NCBI GenBank assembly: GCA_965219415.1
Contig: OZ244742.1
Location: 1,024,001-1,088,000, forward strand
From: Candidatus Marinacidobacterales bacterium
GTDB taxonomy: Bacteria > Acidobacteriota > Vicinamibacteria > Marinacidobacterales > DATDRI01
Direction of reading: 5' to 3'
Length of the DNA: 64,000 nt
The notes under the pieces are model-generated. The model was not told where the DNA came from and did not search any database. It was given only the letters and a program-made list of their open reading frames with translations. This document shows, piece by piece, positions 31,230 to 43,451 of the stretch. Each line of letters opens with the position of its first letter. Position 1 is the first letter of the stretch. A program made the translations under genes and the position numbers.

Positions 31230-32486
31230 ATGGAGGTCGAAACTCACGGAAACGATCCCATACCTCCAGAATCTCGCCGCCAGGGTTGGTTCGCGTTCTT
31301 CGCACTCTATTCGGGGGTCAACATTTGCCTACCCATGATGCTCGTGGGCGGCGCGTTCGTCCCCGGCTTATCGCTCACACAGGCAGTCCTCGCGGGGCTC
31401 CTGGGAAACGCTCTCGCGTTCACAATTTCTTCCACCGCCGCCTACCCCGGAACGGACCATGGTCTTCCCACACCGGTCCTGACGAGAGCTTCCCTGGGGT
31501 ATCCGTGGGGAACGTGGCTCCCCTCTCTCGCGATCCTGGTATCGTCGACCGGCTGGTTCGCGGTTCACACCGAGTTGGCGGCGATGGCACTCGATGGCTT
31601 GCTCCGGGCGCTAACCGGCTGGTCAGGACCACTCTTCGTCCCCATCGTCCTCATGGGGGCGGCGAATGCTTTCGTCGCCATCATCGGCTTCAACTGGATC
31701 CGAAAGCTGGCCGCGGTCGCGGTTCCGCTTCTACTGATCTTGTCGGCCTTATTGCTCTTCAGAATCGCGGCCAATCACTCGTTGCCCGACATCCTGTCGA
31801 GGTCGGGACTCGGACCGCTATCGTTTTTGGGTGCGGTCAATATCGTGGTGTCCGCCCAGATGGGAAGTGCGTTTACCGCCGCCGACTTTGCGCGCTACGC
31901 CCGTGATCATCGCTCGGTCTGGATAGGCTCGCTTAGCGTAGCCCCGGTAGCGGCGTTCATGATGGCCCTCGGCGCGATCTCAGCGCTCGCAACCGGCGAG
32001 CCGAATCCTGTTCTAGGCGTCCAGTCACTCGGCTTGGGCGTGGGGGCGCTGTTGGTCATCGCGCTGGCGACTTGGACGACGAGTGACAAGGTTCTCTATT
32101 CAGGCGGGCTGGCCGTGACCAATATATTTCCGAGGTGGCCCCGCTGGCTCAACACTATGGTACTCGGTTCGGTCGGAACCGCCCTCGCCTGCCTCCGATT
32201 GACCCAGTACTTCACCCAGTGGTTACTCCTCTTGGGGACCATCTTCGCACCCTTGGTAGGTCTGCTGATCGCAGACTACTTTGTGTTTAGGCGACGAAGG
32301 CTTGGGGGAATGGAGACCTCGGCCGTGAATTGGATCGCTATCGCGGCTGTCGCCTGCGGAATCATCGCCGGGCGACTGGCACCGCCTGAAACGATTCAAC
32401 CAGTAACGTCTATCGTCGTCACCGCCGGGGTCTACGTCGCCGGGATGAGCTGGTGGAAACGAAGCGGCTTCAGGACGACTCCATGA
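31230..32486 (+). CDS. NCS1 (cytosine/purine permease family) transporter
   Basis: About 12 TM; GWFAV, ADFARYA, ATWTT..K.LYSGGL, IADYF. Confidence 0.85.
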   Translation: MEVETHGNDPIPPESRRQGWFAFFALYSGVNICLPMMLVGGAFVPGLSLTQAVLAGLLGNALAFTISSTAAYPGTDHGLPTPVLTRASLGYPWGTWLPSLAILVSSTGWFAVHTELAAMALDGLLRALTGWSGPLFVPIVLMGAANAFVAIIGFNWIRKLAAVAVPLLLILSALLLFRIAANHSLPDILSRSGLGPLSFLGAVNIVVSAQMGSAFTAADFARYARDHRSVWIGSLSVAPVAAFMMALGAISALATGEPNPVLGVQSLGLGVGALLVIALATWTTSDKVLYSGGLAVTNIFPRWPRWLNTMVLGSVGTALACLRLTQYFTQWLLLLGTIFAPLVGLLIADYFVFRRRRLGGMETSAVNWIAIAAVACGIIAGRLAPPETIQPVTSIVVTAGVYVAGMSWWKRSGFRTTP

Positions 32487-33267
32487 ACTCGATCAGCACG
32501 TCGTTGAACCTGTCCGCATTCTGCAGGGGGACGGAGTGGCCGTCGTCCTCTAACAAGACAGAGCGACCCTTGGGTGCCGTTTTCGCGATGTACTCACCGA
32601 GCGCGAGGGGATAGAAGTCGTGGCCGGTATAGACGGCGAGGCATGGAATCCGCAAGCTCTTCAACACCTCTCGATGATCGAGCCTTAGCTGATTGCGTAC
32701 CGCCTTCATCGCCACGTCGAGAGGAGTTTGGAGTGAGATTTGGTAGACGCTTTGGACTTCCGCTTCGCTCGGATTGAGAAGACAAGCCTCGGCAAACCGC
32801 CATCGTCCATTCAGAGGATCGTTCGCAACGCCGTCGATGTAGTTCATGCACTCCTCTTCTTCTATACCGAGGTCCCAATCCGGAGAGTTCGTTAACTTGA
32901 TGGGACCAGTGACCAGGACGACCCTCGACACATCACCGTCGTCTTGGAACTGCTCGAGGTAGCTGAGCGAAACACTCACGCCCATCGAACGACCGACCAG
33001 CGTTACGTCCTTCAAGCCAAGGCTCCTTATGAGGTGGCGGACGTCGGAGCCGAACTCCTCGAAACTGTACGCCCAGTCGCCTTTCTCGGACTGCCCCATC
33101 CCACGAAGATCGAGCGCCGCACATTGATAGCGGTCCTGAAGCGCGTAAATCTGACGATCCCAGGTCCGATGATTACTCATCCAGCCGTGTACGAAGAGGA
33201 TGGGTCGCCCTTCCCCGCGCGTCACGTAGTAGAGCTCGGCTCCGTCGGGGGTTACCGTTCTCGCCAT
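32470..33267 (-). CDS. Alpha/beta hydrolase (non-heme haloperoxidase-like)
   Basis: HGW oxyanion motif, DLRGMGQS, GRSMG nucleophile elbow, GHS. Confidence 0.88.
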   Translation of the reverse strand: MARTVTPDGAELYYVTRGEGRPILFVHGWMSNHRTWDRQIYALQDRYQCAALDLRGMGQSEKGDWAYSFEEFGSDVRHLIRSLGLKDVTLVGRSMGVSVSLSYLEQFQDDGDVSRVVLVTGPIKLTNSPDWDLGIEEEECMNYIDGVANDPLNGRWRFAEACLLNPSEAEVQSVYQISLQTPLDVAMKAVRNQLRLDHREVLKSLRIPCLAVYTGHDFYPLALGEYIAKTAPKGRSVLLEDDGHSVPLQNADRFNDVLIEFMESS

Positions 33268-33288
33268 CTTCGAGTCCCTGAAGCCCGC

Positions 33289-34506
33289 TCACATGAGAGC
33301 GGGCAAGGAAGTGTAAATCCGCGGCGAGAAAGCGTCCCACCGGATGGGAAGCTCGAGGCTCGTATCGAGGTGGAGTTTCGGAAACCTGCGGAAGAGAGTC
33401 TGGAAAGCGATTTCGAGCTCTGCGGTGGCGAGCGCGGAGCCCGTACAAGCATGACGTCCCAGGCCGAATGCGAGGTGCCGGGACGCATTGTCACGTTGGA
33501 TATTGAAACGATGGGGGTCCTCGAAGACGCGAGCATCACGATTCGCGGAAGCCAAGCCAATGTAGACGATCTGCTCGGGCTCGATGGTCCTCCCGGCGAT
33601 CACGGTTTGCTCGGTCGCCACCTTGAAGATGAACCCTCCCGCCGCGTATCGGAGAACCTCCTGCGCGGCCGTCTTGATGAGCGATTCGTCGTCCTGCAGC
33701 GCTCGTATTTCCGAAGGATTGCTCAAGAAACAATACGCGCCATTGCCGAGCTGCTCCGCGGTGGTGACGATCCCGGCCGCAAGGAACGAGACGCACTGAG
33801 CAGAAAGCTCCTCCTCACTCATCTCGCCGGTCTCCACCTTGCCGATCAAGAACGAAACGAGATCCCTTCCCCGACGCTTGCGTCGTTGCGGTATCAGGTC
33901 TCGAAAATAACGTTCCAGCGCCAGCGTCGCATCGTTCCCCGCCTTGGCTTTCGCCTCGATGTCCTGGGTCGGGGCCCTAAAGAGTGTCGCGACGGCGACT
34001 CCGCTCTCGCAGAACAGTTGTTGATCTGACCTGGGCACGTCGAACATCTCTCCCAAGACGGTCGCCGGGATTACGTCCGCGAAATCCTTCACGAGATCGA
34101 CACGGCCCGAATCCTCCGCCCGATTCAAACAGTCATCGACGACCCGCTGGATAGCGGGGCCCCACCGTTCGACCGCAGCGGGAGTGAAAGCTTCCCACGA
34201 CTGGCGACGCAAGCGAGTATGCTCGGGCGGATCGGACATGAACAAGGCCTTGCTCAAGACACGCCGATAGTCTTTGAAAAGGTCGGGGTCAATCGCCTTG
34301 AGCCGGTCGGGAACGCGGGAGGTCCGGGCGTTGCTCAGGTGAGGATTGAGCAGCGCCTCCGACACTTCTGGATAGCCGGTCGCGAACCATGCTTGAAACT
34401 CCTCCGACCAGTGAACGGGATCCTCCTCGCGCATCCTCTGATACAGAGGATGAGGATCGGCGAGCCGCTCCAGCTGTTTCAAATCGAACGCGACGGTCCG
34501 GGACAT
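33289..34506 (-). CDS. Cytochrome P450
   Basis: DPPEHTRLR, EVLR (ExxR), ANRD, FGLGRHACTG heme loop. Confidence 0.95.
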   Translation of the reverse strand: MSRTVAFDLKQLERLADPHPLYQRMREEDPVHWSEEFQAWFATGYPEVSEALLNPHLSNARTSRVPDRLKAIDPDLFKDYRRVLSKALFMSDPPEHTRLRRQSWEAFTPAAVERWGPAIQRVVDDCLNRAEDSGRVDLVKDFADVIPATVLGEMFDVPRSDQQLFCESGVAVATLFRAPTQDIEAKAKAGNDATLALERYFRDLIPQRRKRRGRDLVSFLIGKVETGEMSEEELSAQCVSFLAAGIVTTAEQLGNGAYCFLSNPSEIRALQDDESLIKTAAQEVLRYAAGGFIFKVATEQTVIAGRTIEPEQIVYIGLASANRDARVFEDPHRFNIQRDNASRHLAFGLGRHACTGSALATAELEIAFQTLFRRFPKLHLDTSLELPIRWDAFSPRIYTSLPALM

Positions 34507-34714
34507 TCGTGTTTCCGTTCAAGCGGATGGATCCCCTCCCTATACCCCAGTGCGGAAGTTGTTGTCAAAGTTGCCCTCACAGCGCTGTCCGTTTCCGGAA
34601 ACCGTTCGTCCCGTTCGCGGGCACCGCAGCGGCCTTGGCAGTGCCGGCCTGCACGATTCGCGGCATTCTCGCGGTCGCCGGCCGGTACAGTTATTGCAAC
34701 TCAGCTGTTGCATT

Positions 34715-36925
34715 GTGAGATTTCTCAACGATCTCCGCTACGCTTCCCGGAGGCTCCGCAGAGCGCCTGGCTTCACCCTAGGAGTCGTCTTGGTCCTGGC
34801 TCTGGGTATCTCCGCGACTACTTTGGTTTTCAGCATCGTCTACTCCATCCTGCTGCGACCTTTGCCCTACACGGCTCCGGATCGACTCGTGCGCATACTT
34901 TCCCTCAACGAGGCGGAAGGCCACCTCGATTGGACTTCCATTTTGGAGGCCCGCGCGTGGCAGAGCGAAAGCGCAACGTTCTCCGATGTCGGGTTCTCGA
35001 CCTATTTCGGCGTCATGTGGCGGACGAGCCAGTGGAATGAGCAGGTCAACCACGGAGTGGTATCCGCAAACTACTTCGATGTTTTCGGCGTTCGACCCGC
35101 CGTCGGGAGATTCTTCGTCAAGGAAGACGAAGCCGCCGATAGCCCGCCACTCGCCGTGTTGAGCCACCGATTCTGGCTCGAACGGCTGGGCGGAAACGCG
35201 GGCATCGTGGAGCAGGTGCTCAACCTCGGGGGAGAGGATCACACGGTGATCGGGGTTGCTCCGCCGGTGATCTACGGCCACGACCTAGGAAGCGACGTGA
35301 GTCCCGAGCTCTGGGTCACCTTGCGAGCCGGCGAAAATCCTCGCAACCCCCACTTCCGGATCTACACCGCTTTCGGGCGGCTCGCGCCCGGGGTGTCCGT
35401 CGGGGAAGCCTCGACTAACCTTCAAGTGGTAAGCGATCGACTGGCGCAGGATTTCCCGGAGACCTACGCCGGGTGGAAAGTGTCCCGTAGAACCCGTGCT
35501 CGACTCGTTCGTCGACCAAACGAGGCCGGGGCTTTACATGCTCCAGGCAGCGGTCGGGCTCGTCCTTCTCATCGCTTGCGCGAATATCGCAAACCTGATG
35601 CTTTCTCGCATCATGGGCGATCGCCGGGAAATCGCGATTCGGCTCGCCTTGGGAGGAGGCCGGAGCGATCTCGTGCGTCAGGTGTTGGCAGAGAGCTTGC
35701 TGCTCGCGCTCGCCGGAGGCACGGTCGGCCTGACCATTGTGGTCTGGGTGCTCCCGGTTCTAACAAGCTTCCTACCGCAGGGTCTCCCGCGTGCGGATGA
35801 GCTCACCGTGGATCGAGCGGTGCTGACCTTCACCATGTTGCTGGCCCTCGGGTCGACCGTAATCTTTGGCCTCTTACCGAGCTTCCTAATGTTGAGAGGA
35901 GATCTTGCAAGCTTCCTCAGGGAGGCTGGAAAAAACATCGGCTCGGCAGGTAGTCGGTTCAAGGATCTTTTCGTCGTCGGGCAAGTAACCATCGCCCTAC
36001 CGTTGCTGATCGGCGCCGGCCTGTTGATCCATAGCTTCGCCTACCTGCAGGAAAAAGATCCCGGATTTGAACCCAAGGAGGTGGTTTCTCTGCGCGTTTC
36101 GTTGCCCTTCCGCCAATACCCCGAACCGGCGAGGCGGGCCGCTTTCTTTGAGAATCTTCTACGAGAAGTAAGACGGCTACCGGGAGTGAGCTCCGCAGGC
36201 GCGACCCTGCAAGTGCCCTACGTCAGCACACAAGCCGACCGAGCAGACTACTCGGTGGAGGGTGATCCGATGCCACCGGCCTCGGAAACGCCAAGAGCAC
36301 TCACCCATGTGATTAGTCCAGGATTCTTCGAAACGCTGGGGGCGCGCCTCGCCCAAGGACGATGGTTCGACAATCGTGACGCGGCCGATTCGACACCCGC
36401 GGTGATCGTCAGTCGCGAGCTCGCGCGCCGGCACTTCGCCGACCGGGATCCGATCGGACGTCGCATTGTCTTTGACATCACGTTGTCCACGAGGTCGCCG
36501 CGCTAGACGCGGCGTTCTCCACGATCGTGGCACGCCCGCGGCTCTATGCTTCGGTGCTCGCTAGCTTCGCGTTTCTTGCTCTTCTCCTGGCCGGCCTCGG
36601 CCTCTACGGAGTTCTCTCTTACGTAGTGAATCAGAGAACACATGAGCTCGGTATCCGAATGGCCCTCGGCGCGCCGCGTTCCAGCCTCCTTGCTGGAGTC
36701 ATGCGCAGAGGATTGAGCCTGACGCTCGTCGGTTTGGCCCTCGGGGCGCCACTGGCTTTCATCTCGGCGCGAGTCTTGGCCACCGTACTCTACGGAGTCC
36801 AATCCATCCACCCCATGACGTTTGCGGTGACGCCCTTCGCCTTGTTGCTAGCCGCCGGATTGGCTTCCTATTTGCCGGCACGTCGGGCAACGCGGGTCGA
36901 CCCCGCGACCACTCTCAGACACTGA
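34715..36925 (+). CDS. ADOP-type duplicated ABC permease; frameshift near 35488, internal deletion near 36500
   Basis: [50 protein letters not shown]. Confidence 0.85.
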
Positions 36926-36953
36926 CCGTCGTAGCTTTCCGCGTCCCCGTGCG

Positions 36954-37774
36954 TTAAGGAGACGTCGGCGCCGCCTCGCCTCCTTTCGCAGCATAGTGGA
37001 TGATCCGGCTCATGGAATCGCGGTGACTACCTTCGACGAACAGGGCCTGGCGCATTGCTTGTCGCTCCTCCGGCGTACGAGTGTCGTTGGCGCGAATGGC
37101 GGCCCTCACTTTAGCGTCTGCCTCCAGGCTCGGTACCACACGCCAGTACGTGATGCTGCCCGGAGCTTCGGTATGGATGAATTCGACATCGATTCCGTAG
37201 GCAAGAATCGTTCCTTCATCGAGGAGCCGGTCGTGCGTGGCCTTGTTACGCTTTTGCCATGATTCTAGATATTCGCGACCTTTTCCCGGTTTGGCTTGAA
37301 CCGAGGACCCAAAGACGAAACCTTCATCCGTTTGCGCGGAACGACCCCGAAACAGCAAGCTCTGGCCCAGGGTGTCGCGATGGTTCTCTATCGAGCCGGT
37401 GAGTTCGGCAGTCCCGTTTCTTACGCTCCGCTTCGCTCAACTTCTCGTCTCGCTCGCCAAAAGGCGTCGATCACCCGTTGAAGGCTCGCGAGGTCTTTAC
37501 CCGACCACCAGGTCGCGTGGGTGTAGCCGTCCTCGGTGTGAATCGACCGGGCGGTCATGGCCCATTCGGTGATGACGCCCTCGGCCAACAGCTTGTCCAG
37601 GATGGGCTTCTGATTTTTCGTGAAATTCTCTTCGTATGAGCTCCAGTGTGTTCTTTTCACGTCCCAGAGAGCTTCCCGATAGTAGTTTCCCGCATCATCT
37701 TGCGCTGCCAGGGGTGCGACGATGCACAAGAGAGCGCTTAGGACAACCAGAAAGGCCAAAACCCTATTCTTCAT
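36954..37774 (-). CDS. Secreted hypothetical protein with two similar halves, frameshift near 37445
   Basis: RBS AGGAGG, signal peptide; repeated DKLLAEGVI..IHTE / DRLLDEGTI..IHTE. Confidence 0.65.
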
Positions 37775-37881
37775 AAGATCCTCCTGCAAAAAAGTGTGTC
37801 GTGGATGTTAGGGGGTCAATTCGCAGGGACGAGTGTATTCATTCTGGAAAGAAATGCAAGAATGTGATGGAGAACGAAGCA

Positions 37882-39333
37882 CTAGCCCTTAATCACACCC
37901 ATCGGGCGGAGTTGTGCGACCTTCTGGCTGATGCCCGCTCCCTGAACCACATCCACGACTTCCGCGACGTCTTTGTAAGCCTCCGGAATCTCTTCCACCA
38001 AAGTGGCTCTCCCTGAGGCTCGGACGATGATCCCCTGCTCTTCCATCTCGCGAACGATGGCGCGTTTGCCGGCGGTCTTCCGCGCCTGGCGACGACTCAT
38101 CCGCCGCCCGGCACCGTGGCAGGTACTTCCAAAGGTCTCCTGATAGGCGCGCTCCGTGCCCACCAAAACATAAGAGTAACGGCCCATGTCCCCGGGGATG
38201 AGGACCGGTTGTCCAACCGCGCGGTAGGCGGAGGGAATCTCGGGATGGCCGGGTGGAAAGGCTCGCGTCGCTCCCTTACGGTGGACGCACAGTTTTTTCT
38301 TCTTGCCTCCGACCCGATGCTCTTCGAACTTAGCGATATTGTGGCAAACGTCGTAAACCAAACCGAGGCCGAGTTTCCCGCGGCCAATTCCGAGCACCTT
38401 CTCGAAGCTCTCGCGCACCAAGTGCGTGATCATTTGCCGGTTAGCGAAGGCGTAGTTGGCGGCCGCCGACATGGCACCTAGATAACGCTTCGCCTCTGGA
38501 GAGGTCAGAGGTGCGGCGCAAAGCTGGCGATCGGGGAGCTCGATGCCGTACTTCGCGGAAGCGCGTAGCATGATCTTCAGGAAGTCGTCACACACCTGAT
38601 AGCCGAGCCCGCGGGACCCGGTGTGGATCGAGACCGTCACCTGTCCGGGGAATAGACCTAGAGCATCGGCAAGCCTCTGGTCGTAGATTTCGGCGACGTA
38701 CTGGATCTCGCCAAAGTGGTTCCCCGAACCGAGCGTCCCCAGTTGCGAGCGCCCGCGTTCGATGGCGCGGGGACTGACCTCGTCAGGATCCGCACCCTCG
38801 AGGCAGCCCCCTTCTTCGATGTACTCGAGGTCAGTTTCGGTTCCGTAGCCGTTGGCCACTGCCCAACCCGCACCTCGCGTGAGAACTCGTCGCAACTCAG
38901 ACTGGGGGAGCTTGAAATCGCGACGGTGCGCCCCGACACCGGTTGGAACATTGGCAAAGAGGGTCTCGACCAACTCCCGGAGTTTTCCGTCGACGTCCTC
39001 GCGACTCAGACCTGAGCGCAGTAGCCGGACTCCTCAGTTGATATCGAAACCGACACCCCCCGGCGAGACCACGCCGTCGTCTTCGGGCGAGAAAGCGGCA
39101 ACGCCCCCAATCGCGAAGCCGTAGCCCCAATGAATATCCGGCATCGCGATGGACCGGCCTACGATACCGGGAAGGGACGCCACGTTGGCCACTTGCTCGA
39201 GGGCAGGATCCCCGCGAAGGGTGTCGACGAAAGACTGGCTCGCGAAGACCAATCCCTCGACACGCATCTTCCCTTCTCTCGGGAGCCGCCAGCGGTTGTC
39301 GTCGATTTTCTGAATCTTGACTTTGCTTGCCAT
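37882..39333 (-). CDS. rtcB: RNA-splicing/repair ligase RtcB, 483 aa, with in-frame TGA (codon 100, putative selenocysteine)
   Basis: The two track ORFs share one frame; [50 protein letters not shown], terminal IKG. Confidence 0.92.
38995..39033 (-). promoter_or_regulatory. Candidate bacterial SECIS element
   Basis: After UGA: GUCC/GGAC lower stem, GCGCUCA-[GGUC]-UGAG(U)CGC upper stem-loop. Confidence 0.75.
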
Positions 39334-39353
39334 CGCGTTTCCTTTCGGACGCT

Positions 39354-39767
39354 TCATAGATCGAAAACGATTGTCGTCGAGAGAGATTTCCCCTGCCTCA
39401 CCAGTGCCATGCGGTGGTAGGTCACCGCCTTCACTTCTCGATCGATGGGATGGCGCTCGGGATCGAGCTTCTCACCCCACGCCTCAGCCTCGAACCGACG
39501 GTCTTCCACGAGCCGGGGCTCGAATCGGGAGAACAGCCATCTTTGGTCTTCATAGAGAAAGAGAAGCTCGGTGAGCCAGGACACCAGGAGCTCTTCGTCG
39601 CTCGCGGCCTCGACGCTTATCGAGACCGACTGCCGCGGTTCGACGGTTCCCAAATCGGTGATGATGTCGAAAAGGGCTCTTGCGGCCTCGGAAAAGAGCT
39701 CCGGCTTCCCTTCCGCGACCACCTCGACCATGTAGTCGGCCGTGTGGTCCAACACGCGGTAGGGCAC
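39354..39767 (-). CDS. Archease (RtcB activator)
   Basis: [14 protein letters not shown]-terminal VFDL; immediately upstream of rtcB. Confidence 0.92.
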   Translation of the reverse strand: MPYRVLDHTADYMVEVVAEGKPELFSEAARALFDIITDLGTVEPRQSVSISVEAASDEELLVSWLTELLFLYEDQRWLFSRFEPRLVEDRRFEAEAWGEKLDPERHPIDREVKAVTYHRMALVRQGKSLSTTIVFDL

Positions 39768-39926
39768 CGAGACAGACTATGAGCTAGGCGAGTGACCTGT
39801 CAACGAGGTCGGGCTCCCCGGCCAGAAAATCGACACCTTGCCACGCTAGCTATATCTTTTATTTTCAATAGAATAGGCCAAAATAGCCTCCCCCTGATCT
39901 CAACCCAAGCCACTAAAGCTTTTTGC

Positions 39927-39955
39927 TTGACAACGGCTAAGGCAGTCGTTACCAT
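39927..39955 (+). promoter_or_regulatory. Sigma70 promoter of the heat-shock operon
   Basis: TTGACA-17-TACCAT. Confidence 0.75.
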
Positions 39956-39963
39956 ACGGCCCG

Positions 39964-39990
39964 TTGGCACTCGCACGCCGTGAGTGCTAA
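39964..39990 (+). promoter_or_regulatory. CIRCE element (HrcA operator)
   Basis: TTGGCACTC-N9-GAGTGCTAA. Confidence 0.93.
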
Positions 39991-40022
39991 CCCAATAACA
40001 AAAGTAAACCAAAGCGGTAATT

Positions 40023-40469
40023 GTGCCCGTTGCCCACTGGGACCCGTTTCGTGAGCTCGTTGCGCTCCAAGAGCGTATGAACCGGCTGTTCGATCAGACC
40101 TTCTCTCGCTCCCGCTCCCAAGCGGAAGAGTCCAGCGCTGGCACCTGGTCTCCCCCGGTCGATCTCTACGAGTCCCAGGCGAGCCTGGTGTTGAAGGCCG
40201 AGCTGCCGGATGTCGATCAGACTGACATCGAGCTTCGTATCGACAGCAACCGGATCTCCCTCAGGGGCGAACGGCGTATGAAAGAGGCGATCAATCAGGA
40301 ACAGTTCCATCGTATGGAACGAGCCTTCGGCCCGTTCAACCGGACCTTTACTTTGCCGACGACTATTGACTCCGAGAAGGTCAAGGCGGAGTTCAAGAAC
40401 GGCATCCTGATGGTCATCATGCCCAAGCAGGTCGACAAAAACAGCAAGCACATTCCCATCAGCGGCTGA
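40023..40469 (+). CDS. Hsp20/alpha-crystallin small heat-shock protein
   Basis: WDPFREL, PPVDLYE, ERAFGPFNRTF, AEFKNGIL. Confidence 0.93.
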   Translation: MPVAHWDPFRELVALQERMNRLFDQTFSRSRSQAEESSAGTWSPPVDLYESQASLVLKAELPDVDQTDIELRIDSNRISLRGERRMKEAINQEQFHRMERAFGPFNRTFTLPTTIDSEKVKAEFKNGILMVIMPKQVDKNSKHIPISG

Positions 40470-40530
40470 GCCGCAGGAAGACCCCGCGGGGCCATTCGCA
40501 TTTCAGTTAAAAAGGAGGAGGAAGTAGGCA

Positions 40531-40821
40531 ATGAAGATCACACCCATCAAAGAAAACATCGTCGTTAAGCGTCTCGAGGAGACGGAAGAGAAAAAAGTTG
40601 GATCCATCATCATCCCCGACAGCGCCAAGGAAAAGCCCTTGACCGCGGAGGTCATCGCGGTGGGCTCGGGCCGGGTGCTCAAGGACGGCCAAAAGGTCCC
40701 GCTGGAGGTCAAAGTTGGCGACAAAGTTCTAGTCGGAAAGTATTCCGGCTCGGAAGTCAAACTGGAAGACATCGAGTATCTGATCGTCAGAGAAGACGAG
40801 GTACTCGGAATTCTCGAGTAA
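40531..40821 (+). CDS. groES: Co-chaperonin GroES
   Basis: IIIPDSAKEKP, VKVGDKVL, EDEVLGILE. Confidence 0.96.
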   Translation: MKITPIKENIVVKRLEETEEKKVGSIIIPDSAKEKPLTAEVIAVGSGRVLKDGQKVPLEVKVGDKVLVGKYSGSEVKLEDIEYLIVREDEVLGILE

Positions 40822-40883
40822 ACGGCGGGTCTTCGCGCACCCTTCGGGTGCGCCAACCCACCATCACATATATGAGGAGGTAG

Positions 40884-42536
<1,653 letters not shown>

Positions 42537-42560
42537 GGTCCGGACTCAGCGTATACTCTC

Positions 42561-42603
42561 AGCCCCGACCCGCTCTGGTAGGAGCCGGTCGGGGCTTTTT
42601 TTC
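42561..42603 (+). terminator. Rho-independent terminator
   Basis: AGCCCCGACC...GGTCGGGGCT followed by a T run. Confidence 0.85.
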
Positions 42604-42613
42604 TTGTGGCAGC

Positions 42614-43429
42614 ATGAAACTGAAGAATCGCGTAGCGCTCGTCACCGGGGCCGGCTCTGGTATCGGCCGAACCATCTCGATAGCCTTCGCTCGGGAAGGA
42701 GCCATCGTCGTTGTGAACGATCTGCGCTTGGCTGATGCGGAGCGAACTCTCGATGACATCGAGCAAGCTCGAGCACACGCTCTAGCCGCCGACGTATCGA
42801 ACAGTGAAGAGGTCGGCCGCATGTTCGAAGAAGTGGCGAGACGATTAGGAAGACTCGACATCCTGGTCAACAACGCGGGAATCGCCGAACCGCCCGAGAG
42901 ATGGGCCGAGCTCAATCGTATTGCCGAGGCTCGCCTCGCAGAGCTCGCCGCGGGCAAAGGGATCGAAACTCACTGGAACGTCACTGCAAACATGAGCGAC
43001 CACACTTGGCGACGGATGATGCAGGTGCACCTCGATGGCGCCTTCCTCTGCGCGCGTGCGGCGCTAGAGCCGATGAAACGTCAAGGAAAAGGAGCGATCA
43101 TCAACATGTCCAGCACCGCGGCAATCATGGGCCTCGCCGACGCGCCCCACTATTCGGCCGCAAAGGCCGGTGTGTTGGGTTTGACCCGCTCGTTGGCTCG
43201 GGAGGTCGGGGCGTGGAAGATTCGAGTCAACGCGATCGCTCCCGGTTTCGTGGAGACGCCCATGACCGCCCATATCTCGGCGAAGGTCAAGGCAAGCTCC
43301 CTGAAGCACATACCGATGGGTCGCTGGGCGACCGCAGAGGACATTGCCGCCAGTGCGCTTTTCCTGGCGTCCGACGAAGCCGCATACATCACCGGGCAGT
43401 GTCTTTCGCCGAACGGTGGAATGGTCTAG
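42614..43429 (+). CDS. SDR oxidoreductase (FabG-like)
   Basis: TGAGSGIG, NNAG, YSAAK. Confidence 0.92.
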   Translation: MKLKNRVALVTGAGSGIGRTISIAFAREGAIVVVNDLRLADAERTLDDIEQARAHALAADVSNSEEVGRMFEEVARRLGRLDILVNNAGIAEPPERWAELNRIAEARLAELAAGKGIETHWNVTANMSDHTWRRMMQVHLDGAFLCARAALEPMKRQGKGAIINMSSTAAIMGLADAPHYSAAKAGVLGLTRSLAREVGAWKIRVNAIAPGFVETPMTAHISAKVKASSLKHIPMGRWATAEDIAASALFLASDEAAYITGQCLSPNGGMV

Positions 43430-43451
43430 CCACGGTTTCGGCTTGGGGGTG

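Noticed and set aside
40823-40865. Hairpin GCGCACCC-TTC-GGGTGCGC between groES and groEL as an ncRNA
   Set aside because: Single short stem; more simply an mRNA stability or REP-like hairpin
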